Below are positions 57,124 through 64,000 of a stretch of DNA of 64,000 nucleotides, piece after piece; the first letter of the stretch is position 1; every line of letters starts with the position of its first letter. The notes beneath the pieces are model-generated. The model saw only the letters and a program-made list of their open reading frames with translations. It did not search any database and was not told where the DNA came from. Source of the DNA: Nitrospirota bacterium (lineage in GTDB: Bacteria; Nitrospirota; UBA9217). The translations under genes and the position numbers were made by a program. The stretch lies in the NCBI GenBank assembly GCA_029858565.1, contig JAOUEV010000012.1, positions 278 through 64,277 on the forward strand, written 5' to 3'.

Positions 57124-57549
57124 ATGAAGATGGCACAAAACATGCCTGTTGTCATCATACTGGCGTTATCGTTTGTTTTTGCAGCCGCGTTAGCGACAGC
57201 GGAAGTGGGCGCGGAAGCAAAGGGCGGCGAAAAGCCTGCTCTGCCGCCGGACACCGGTATTGGCGATCTCAGCAGCAGCAAACTCACGACGGCGATCACC
57301 GGCACCTGGACGTGGATATCGGACATGACGGTAATCGTCAGAGAAGATAATTCGCTCGAGGTCATTGACGACCTGAGTCACGAGAAGATCAACGAGGGGA
57401 AGTGGGAACTCGTGGACCAGACCTCCCGTACGTACCGTTTTGTCTATCAGAACGGTAACTGGATCGACACCCTCACGCTGAGCCCCGATGGACGGATCCT
57501 TGATGGCACCAACAACGAGGGATTGTCCATTCGCGGCACCAAACGGTGA
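57124..57549 (+). CDS. Secreted protein of unknown function
   Basis: Signal peptide [20 protein letters not shown]; 141 aa; no recognisable domain. Confidence 0.45.
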   Translation: MKMAQNMPVVIILALSFVFAAALATAEVGAEAKGGEKPALPPDTGIGDLSSSKLTTAITGTWTWISDMTVIVREDNSLEVIDDLSHEKINEGKWELVDQTSRTYRFVYQNGNWIDTLTLSPDGRILDGTNNEGLSIRGTKR

Positions 57550-57622
57550 TGACCGGCGGCCTTCCGATGCTCCTCTAACCATCCGGAATAATGTGCTTCG
57601 CATTGTGGTTTCAAGGATCTTC

Positions 57623-58039
57623 ATGAAATCCTTCCGCAAAGAACTCTGGTTCAACACTCCCGGCCGCCGGGCCTTCATCAACATCACGCCCCGGGTGGAG
57701 GAATGCTTGCGTGAGAGCGGCATCAGCGAAGGCATGGTGCTCGTGAATGCCATGCACATAACCGCGTCGGTCTTCATCAACGACAACGAACGCGGCTTGT
57801 TCCATGACTTCGACGTCTGGCTTGAGAAGCTCGCGCCCCACGAGCCGGTCTCCCAGTATCAGCACAACTCCGGCGAGGAGAACGCAGACGCACATCTCAA
57901 ACGCTCGATCATGGGCCGCGAGGTGGTTGTCGCGATCACGAACGCCAGGCTTGACTTCGGCCCCTGGGAACAGATATTCTATGGTGAGTTCGACGGCGGA
58001 CGAAAGAAACGGGTCCTCGTCAAGATCATCGGGGAGTAG
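57623..58039 (+). CDS. YjbQ/UPF0047 family protein (secondary thiamine-phosphate synthase-like)
   Basis: [53 protein letters not shown]...[37 protein letters not shown]. Confidence 0.8.
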   Translation: MKSFRKELWFNTPGRRAFINITPRVEECLRESGISEGMVLVNAMHITASVFINDNERGLFHDFDVWLEKLAPHEPVSQYQHNSGEENADAHLKRSIMGREVVVAITNARLDFGPWEQIFYGEFDGGRKKRVLVKIIGE

Positions 58040-58284
58040 CTGTTCCCGTTTCCCCCATCGATTACAGCTTGCCGCAGTGTTTAGATAATATCCATCGACG
58101 ACTGTACACCTAACCCGGACAATTCGGAGCAATCTTCGAACCGCCAGACGCGAAGGTCGCGGGGAAATCCTGAAGGTCCTTGCATTACCGGTTATTTTTG
58201 ACCTCCTCGCGCCATCGCGGTGAAAATATTCTTGCCCTTTTGAGAAGCATTCATTCGTAACTGACGCACCCCGGGAGAACCGTC

Positions 58285-59136
58285 ATGCGAAAATCAATAT
58301 ACGTCGGCCTGGCTCTTGTTTTGCTTCTCAGCTCAACTGCCTTTGCCGATACCATCTACCTCAAGAACGGCAAGATCCTCCGCGGAAAGATCAGCCAGGA
58401 GGACCTGCGGTCCTTTGTTGTCGAATCCGGCGATACCTGGCAGAGGATCCAGCGGGATGATGTGGAAATGATCAGAACGGACGATACGCCTGCGCAAGCT
58501 TCCGGACAGGTCGAGAAGTCTGAACCTGCTGTTGCACCGGCGGACGGGGAATCAGTTCCGGTGCGGCGAAAGGACGCCTCCGTGGAGATGCGGCTCAAGG
58601 TCGGAAGCGCGCCGGGGATCGATGAATGGAAGGTCGGCAGTGCCTCGCCGGCAGCGGTCACCCCCGACGGCGGGGGGAACCTGCAATTCGACTTCGTGCT
58701 CGGCTTTTACCGGGACTCGTCAGTTGCGCTGCTCATGAGCGGCGGCGTCTTCGCACGGTCCCATCAGGGGAAAACGCCGCTCAGCAAGATCGATTATGAC
58801 GCTTCCGGTCTTGCCTTTGCCGGCGGTGTGCGCTTCAACACAAGCGACCATCTGCACTTCGAAGGCAAGCTCGAGATGGACCTCGGCTCAGGCATGCCCA
58901 AGCCTGAGACCCTCGGCATCACCGGGAGCTACGTCGAGGCCGGCAGCTACGCAGCGGCGTCGCTCATTATCGGCGGCTACTATACTTTTTCCACACCGGG
59001 CATCCAACTCGGCCTTGAGCTCGGCAGCCAGGCCTTTAAGGGGAGCTTCAGGACCCTCAGCACAGGCCTCTGGATCGACCAGAACGTATCGGGCGGCGAC
59101 GGTATCGTGAACCTTGTCGCAGGATACCGGTTCTAA
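58285..59136 (+). CDS. Outer-membrane beta-barrel protein (OmpA-like/porin-like small barrel)
   Basis: Signal peptide ending AFA-D, alternating hydrophobic strands, C-terminal ...LVAGYRF. Confidence 0.6.
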   Translation: MRKSIYVGLALVLLLSSTAFADTIYLKNGKILRGKISQEDLRSFVVESGDTWQRIQRDDVEMIRTDDTPAQASGQVEKSEPAVAPADGESVPVRRKDASVEMRLKVGSAPGIDEWKVGSASPAAVTPDGGGNLQFDFVLGFYRDSSVALLMSGGVFARSHQGKTPLSKIDYDASGLAFAGGVRFNTSDHLHFEGKLEMDLGSGMPKPETLGITGSYVEAGSYAAASLIIGGYYTFSTPGIQLGLELGSQAFKGSFRTLSTGLWIDQNVSGGDGIVNLVAGYRF

Positions 59137-59383
59137 GGTTCCTCTTGCCCCCTTCTGCTCACGGCAGTCTTCATTTCGCCCTTAGTTACCCGCTGAAGTC
59201 TCGCCTGCTGTTGCTTCATGCCGGCAGTTGAGAGATTCGGCAACTCATTGAAATAACAGGGTAGAGGCGCGGGGTATGAGACAATAGAGAGGATGTTCTG
59301 CGCAAGGTATTGTGATCCTTATAAGGCAATCGGCACTTGTATTGGCTGTTGTCCAATGGTAATATGCATCGCTTTGCATATTA

Positions 59384-60565
59384 TTGAAAATCATGTCACA
59401 TCGCTCATCACATAACAATGCGCAGTCCCCGTCCAGAGGCGAGAAAGAAGACCTGCTGTTGCGTCTTGCCCTGACCGAACGGAAGCTTTCCCTCACCACA
59501 CAGAAGCTGGAAGCCAGGAATCAGGAGCTTTCGGCCATTTATCGTCTTTCCGAGACCATTGGCAGCGAGCATCATATCAACCGTCTTTGCGAAAAGACCG
59601 TTGAGGAGATCCAGCACACCCTTGGAGCCGGCACGGTCTCGATCCTTCTTCGCGACCATCACACCGGCGATCTGGTAACAGCAGCCACCACCGGCAGGTC
59701 CGGTGAAAGCCTGACCCGGCCCCGCATCAAGCCCGGCGACGGGCTGCTCTGGCAGGTGGTGAAGACCGGCAAGCCGCTTCTGCTTCCCAGCGTCCGGACA
59801 GTGAAAGCATCAGGCGCCAGGACGAGTCCGGCGGGGATCGCGGCTCCGATCAAGACCAAGGATAAGACGCTCGGCGTGATCTACGCTCTGGGCAAACAGA
59901 ATGACCAGGAGTTCACCGCGCGCGAGCGCGACCTTCTGAGCGGCATCGCCAACCAGGCCGCAGTGGCCCTGGACAACGCCACGCTCTACCACGATCTCGA
60001 GAACGTCTTCGTGGGCATCGCCTGGTCCTTTGCATCGGCGCTGGACGCCAAGTCGCCCTGGACCGCGGGCCATTCCAAGCGGGTCACGCAGTATTCCGTT
60101 TCCATTGCCGAGGAACTGAACTATCCGGCAGAATTCCTGCACTCGATCAGGACCTGCGGCCTGCTGCACGACATCGGCAAGATCGGGATCTCAGAGAAGA
60201 TCCTGGACAAGCCCGGCGCCATCACCCGGGCGGAGCACAAGACAATTGCCGAGCACGCCATCCAGGGCGCAAAGATACTTGAGCATATCGACACCTTCCA
60301 GCCTCTCCTGCCGGGCATCCGGCACCACCATGAACGATGGGACGGACGCGGCTTTCCCGACGGCCTGCGGAACGAGGATATTCCGGTGCTGGCCCGGGTG
60401 CTCGCTGTCGCGGACTCCTACGACGCCATCACCTCGGACCGGCCCTACCGCAAGAAACGGAGCCGCGCCGACGCGATCGCGGAGATCAAGCGCTGTTCAG
60501 GCACCCAGTTCGACCCCCTGGTCGTGGAAGCCTTTGTCGCTGTTTCTGCCCACGAAGCGTTTTAA
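59384..60565 (+). CDS. GAF + HD-GYP domain protein (c-di-GMP phosphodiesterase)
   Basis: GAF region (~aa 60-200) then HD-GYP: HSKRV...CGLLHDIGKIGI...HHERWDGRGFPDGL. Promoter-like TTGTAT-17-TAATAT at 59339-59367 and an ATATGCA/TGCATAT inverted repeat just downstream of it. Confidence 0.85.
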   Translation: MKIMSHRSSHNNAQSPSRGEKEDLLLRLALTERKLSLTTQKLEARNQELSAIYRLSETIGSEHHINRLCEKTVEEIQHTLGAGTVSILLRDHHTGDLVTAATTGRSGESLTRPRIKPGDGLLWQVVKTGKPLLLPSVRTVKASGARTSPAGIAAPIKTKDKTLGVIYALGKQNDQEFTARERDLLSGIANQAAVALDNATLYHDLENVFVGIAWSFASALDAKSPWTAGHSKRVTQYSVSIAEELNYPAEFLHSIRTCGLLHDIGKIGISEKILDKPGAITRAEHKTIAEHAIQGAKILEHIDTFQPLLPGIRHHHERWDGRGFPDGLRNEDIPVLARVLAVADSYDAITSDRPYRKKRSRADAIAEIKRCSGTQFDPLVVEAFVAVSAHEAF

Positions 60566-60800
60566 GCCCGTCCTGCCTTTTCGAGTTTCGTCTTGACTAA
60601 TCCCCTGCCCTGCGTGATAATCGCTCCACTTCACACGAAAGACCCCGGCACCCTTTGCCACAGGGGTCACCGCGTGCTCCGAGAAGGCGTCAGACTTTGA
60701 AAAGACCGCTCTCTGCGCACGCTCTGTACCCGATAGCAAAGTGATCCGCTGTTGTCTTGCGGCATTATCGAGGATCCGAACCGTGCGCAGATCGAACAAC

Positions 60801-62825
60801 ATGCCGACGAAACGAAAAAAATCCTCCTCTTCCTGGCAGTCCGATGTCCGGCGTGTTGCAGCGGGCATCAGAAAACGCGTGCTGGAACACACGATCAGGA
60901 ATAACGGAGGCTACCTGTCCCAGGCCTGTTCATCAGCCGAGATCTTCGCATCGCTCTATGTGAAGACCATGAAACTCGGTGCGACGGACCGCCCGCTGGT
61001 GCCCAAGCCCTTCCCCGGCGTCCCGGGCCCGGACAATCCCGATTATTTCACCGGTGCGGAGTTCAACGGAGCGAAAGCGCCGGACCTTGACCGGTTCTTT
61101 CTTTCCCCTGCCCAATACGCGCTGGTGCTCTACGCGGCGCTGATCGAGACAGGCCGCATGGCCGAGGAAGGTCTTTCCCAGTTCAACAAGGACGGCAGCT
61201 CGGTCGAGATGATCGGCGCGGAACACTCGCCGGGCATGGAGACCATGACCGGGTCGCTGGGCCAGGGTATTTCCCAGGCAGCGGGCGTTGCCATGGCGCG
61301 GAAGCGGCAGGGCGACTCCGGCAGGGTCTTCCTGTTCATGTCAGACGGCGAGTTCCAGATCGGCCAGACCTGGGAGGCCATCCAGGCAATGGCCTTTCAC
61401 CATCTTGATAATGTGATCATCTATGTGGACGTGAACGGCTTCCAGTGCGATGGAGCGATGGAAACGGTGATGAACATCGAGCCCCTGGACAAGCGGCTCG
61501 CGAGCTTCGGCTGCAGGGTGATGCGGATAAAGGGACATGACATTGAGCGGCTCGCAAAGGCGGGAAGCTTAAAGCCCGACGGCAGGCCTCTTGTAGTGCT
61601 GTGCGATACCGACGCATGCAAAGGCATCAGGGTTCTGAAAAAGCGTATGCCCAAGATGCATTACGTGCGCTTTGCCTCGCCTGAGGAAAAGAGCTGGTAT
61701 GCAGCGGTATTGAACGAGCTATGTGCTACCGATCCGCCCCCTGCAGAGACGAGAGACGAGAGACAAGGGGATAAGAACGATACCACTCGTCACTCGTCGC
61801 TTGTCGCTGGTGTTCCACAAGGCCCCGAGATCCTGTCGCGGGTCCACGCAAAGAATCTGGTGAAATGGGCAGCTGACAAGCCGAAGGTACTGGTGCTGTC
61901 CGCTGACCTCACAAGCTCCACGGAGATCGACCTCTTCCGCGCGACCTATCCCGACCGGTTCCTGTCCATGGGCATCGCGGAGCAAAATATGCTGAGCTGG
62001 GCCAGCGGCCTGGCGCGCGAAGGATTTTTACCCTTTGTGCATACATTCGCGGTCTTCATCTATCGCCGCGCCTATGACCAGATCGCCATGTCCGTGGCCT
62101 ATTCCAACCTTCCGGTCCGCATGATCGGGTTCCTGCCGGGCATCATGACCCCCGGCGGCGCGACCCATCAGGCCATCGAGGATGTGGCGCTCATGCGCAG
62201 CCTCCCGAACATGACCGTGCTCGACTGCGGGGACGCCACCGAGGTGGAGTCCGTGCTCAAAGTGATGGAAAAGATAAACGGCCCGGTGTACGTGCGCATG
62301 CTGCGCGGCGAGATCCCGCGGCTCTTTGCGACCCCCATGGAGTTCGGCAGGGCGCGGGTATTGACCGAAGGCGATGACGTGACCATCCTCTCATCAGGCA
62401 TCATGACCGAGGAGGCCATGCGGGCCGTGCAGGTACTGCAGAAGCGCGGGATCTCGGTCCAGCACATGCATGTTTCGACCTTGAAGCCCTTTAACGACGA
62501 ATCGGTGATCGCGGCCATCAAACGGTCTAAGCACGGTGTGATCACCATGGAGAACCACACCATCATCGGCGGCCTGGGTTCGATCATCGCGGAGCATATG
62601 GCGGAGCGCGGCATGGCAAAGAAGCTTGTGCGCATCGGGCTCAGGGACAAGTTCGCCCATGGTGCGAGCAAAGGCTATCTTATGCGGAAATACCACATGG
62701 ACGCCATGGCACTGATAACCGAGATCGAGGCGCTCACCGGAAGGAAGCTCGGCATCACCGAGGGTGAGTTGAAAGAGACCTATATCGCGGCAGTACACAG
62801 CCTTGCCAAGGCGGAAGCGCTGTAA
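60801..62825 (+). CDS. Transketolase-family protein: N-terminal (TPP-binding) and C-terminal (pyrimidine-binding + C-terminal domain) sections fused in one ORF with ~60-aa linker
   Basis: N-half matches split-transketolase N-terminal subunits (GGYLSQACSSAEIFASLY..., GHSPGMETMTGSLGQGIS, DGEFQIGQTWEAIQ). C-half matches C-terminal subunits (GIAEQNMLSWASGLAREGFLPFVHTFAVF...). Start assumed at MPTKRKK; the track ORF begins 60 nt upstream. Confidence 0.75.
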   Translation: MPTKRKKSSSSWQSDVRRVAAGIRKRVLEHTIRNNGGYLSQACSSAEIFASLYVKTMKLGATDRPLVPKPFPGVPGPDNPDYFTGAEFNGAKAPDLDRFFLSPAQYALVLYAALIETGRMAEEGLSQFNKDGSSVEMIGAEHSPGMETMTGSLGQGISQAAGVAMARKRQGDSGRVFLFMSDGEFQIGQTWEAIQAMAFHHLDNVIIYVDVNGFQCDGAMETVMNIEPLDKRLASFGCRVMRIKGHDIERLAKAGSLKPDGRPLVVLCDTDACKGIRVLKKRMPKMHYVRFASPEEKSWYAAVLNELCATDPPPAETRDERQGDKNDTTRHSSLVAGVPQGPEILSRVHAKNLVKWAADKPKVLVLSADLTSSTEIDLFRATYPDRFLSMGIAEQNMLSWASGLAREGFLPFVHTFAVFIYRRAYDQIAMSVAYSNLPVRMIGFLPGIMTPGGATHQAIEDVALMRSLPNMTVLDCGDATEVESVLKVMEKINGPVYVRMLRGEIPRLFATPMEFGRARVLTEGDDVTILSSGIMTEEAMRAVQVLQKRGISVQHMHVSTLKPFNDESVIAAIKRSKHGVITMENHTIIGGLGSIIAEHMAERGMAKKLVRIGLRDKFAHGASKGYLMRKYHMDAMALITEIEALTGRKLGITEGELKETYIAAVHSLAKAEAL

Positions 62826-62940
62826 AAAAAAGAGCGCGGGCAGAAACCCGAATAGAGATTCGGCACTTGTGCTTCAGAGCAAATAAAGAAAGGCAGGACG
62901 GTTGACCCGTCCTGCCTTTGTCATTCTCACGTACGTGAGT

Positions 62941-64000
62941 TTAGGCTGTCACAGCTTCTTCTGTGCACTCCGCCTTGCTCTTGTTCCAGCAAGGACCGAG
63001 GATCGTTTCGAGGTCCTCATCAGCTGTTGCCGCAATAGGCTTGATGTCGAAGTTCTTGACCAGCACATCGAGCACGTTCGGCGTGATGAATGCCGGAAGC
63101 GTCGGTCCGAGCCGGATATCCTTGATGCCCAGGGACAGCAGGGAGAGCAGGATGGCCACGGCCTTCTGCTCGTACCAGGAGAGGACCAGCGAGAGCGGCA
63201 GATCGTTCACCGGAAGATTGAATGCCTTGGACAGGGCAAGGGCGATCTGGATCGCCGAGTAGGCGTCGTTGCACTGGCCGATGTCAAGCAGCCGCGGGAT
63301 GCCGCCGATGTCTCCCAGGTTCTTGTCAAAGAAGCGGAACTTTCCGCAGGCCAGGGTCATCACGACCGTGTCCTTTGGCGCTTTTTCCACGAACTCCGTA
63401 TAGTAGTTCCTGCCCGGCTTCGCTCCGTCGCATCCGCCCACGAGGAAGAAGTGGCGGATGTCGCCGCTTTTCACCGCGTCGATCACCTTGTCAGCCACGC
63501 CGAGCACCGCGTTTCGCGCGAATCCCGAGAGAACCTCCTTGCCCGGCGCGTCTTCGGCATATCCCGGAAGTGCCAGGGCCTTTTCGATGACCGGCGCGAA
63601 GTTTCCGTCGGATATGTGCTTCACCTCGGGCCAGCCCACCAGTCCGCAGGTGAAGAGGTTGTCCTTGTAGGACGCCAGCGGCTTCTGGATGCAGTTCGTG
63701 GTCATAACGATGGCCCCGGGGAAGTGAGCGAACTCCTTGTGCTGGTTCTGCCAGGCCGTGCCGTAATGTCCGTAGAAGTGCGCATACTTCTTGAGGCTCG
63801 GATAGCCGTGGGCAGGCAGCATCTCGCCGTGCGTATACACGTTGATCCCCTTGCCTTCGCTCTGCTTCAGGATCATCTCCAGGTCCTTCAGGTCATGGCC
63901 CGAGACAAGGATGGCTTTGCCCTTTTTCGCGCCGAGCGGAACCGTGGTCGGCACCGGGTGGCCGTAGGCGCCGGTGTTGCCGCTGTCGAGGATCTCCATG
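62941..64000 (-). CDS. hcp: Hydroxylamine reductase / hybrid-cluster protein, C-terminal part (gene continues beyond window end)
   Basis: ...[38 protein letters not shown]...[19 protein letters not shown]...[14 protein letters not shown] matches the Hcp C-terminal hybrid-cluster domain. No start within the window. Confidence 0.8.
   Translation of the reverse strand, partial: MEILDSGNTGAYGHPVPTTVPLGAKKGKAILVSGHDLKDLEMILKQSEGKGINVYTHGEMLPAHGYPSLKKYAHFYGHYGTAWQNQHKEFAHFPGAIVMTTNCIQKPLASYKDNLFTCGLVGWPEVKHISDGNFAPVIEKALALPGYAEDAPGKEVLSGFARNAVLGVADKVIDAVKSGDIRHFFLVGGCDGAKPGRNYYTEFVEKAPKDTVVMTLACGKFRFFDKNLGDIGGIPRLLDIGQCNDAYSAIQIALALSKAFNLPVNDLPLSLVLSWYEQKAVAILLSLLSLGIKDIRLGPTLPAFITPNVLDVLVKNFDIKPIAATADEDLETILGPCWNKSKAECTEEAVTA

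Noticed and set aside
1-64000. CRISPR arrays, rRNA genes, integrase/transposase genes
   Set aside because: A scan for regularly spaced direct repeats, rRNA-like conserved blocks and integrase/transposase motifs in the ORF translations found none. The mobile-looking features (TA cassette, IR elements, gene-end remnants) are not accompanied by recognisable recombinase genes in this window.

Overview
High-GC bacterial chromosomal segment; gene content (split atpBE, lpxC, porin-cytochrome genes, rpsU-yqeY) suggests a Deltaproteobacteria-like anaerobe. Conserved housekeeping backbone: dnaG (partial), mutS2, NIF3, rpsU-yqeY, argJ-argC, rpsI-rplM, rpsB-tsf-pyrH-frr, atpB-atpE, gltX, lpxC, parC/gyrA-like, transketolase, hcp (partial). 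Accessory islands are interleaved with it. (1) A four-gene operon right after frr: two paralogous small secreted proteins with a conserved GG motif before a C-terminal TM anchor, a C39-like cysteine-peptidase lipoprotein and a TPR lipoprotein (PA2779/PA2778-like). This is a candidate undescribed C-terminal processing/sorting system. (2) A higBA toxin-antitoxin cassette inserted after atpE, flanked by a decayed direct repeat of the atpE 3' end. (3) Two related ~170-bp inverted-repeat (MITE-like) elements. (4) A heavily degraded acetyl-CoA hydrolase/transferase gene fused to a GNAT domain, plus a distal GNAT 3' remnant flanking a 4-kb FAD-oxidase/Fe-S/FAD-reductase cassette. (5) A porin-cytochrome (ombB-omaB-omcB-like) extracellular electron transfer cluster with a ~15-heme lipoprotein cytochrome built of triplicated modules, plus a divergent 7-heme cytochrome. 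(6) A heme-c-sensor diguanylate cyclase, a 1378-aa multi-PAS hybrid histidine kinase and an HD-GYP protein. (7) An ankyrin-TM-ankyrin-STN membrane protein next to tandem paralogous lipoproteins and tandem small membrane proteins. No rRNA, tRNA or CRISPR array was recognised. All calls rest on reading the ORF translations by eye; no searches were run.
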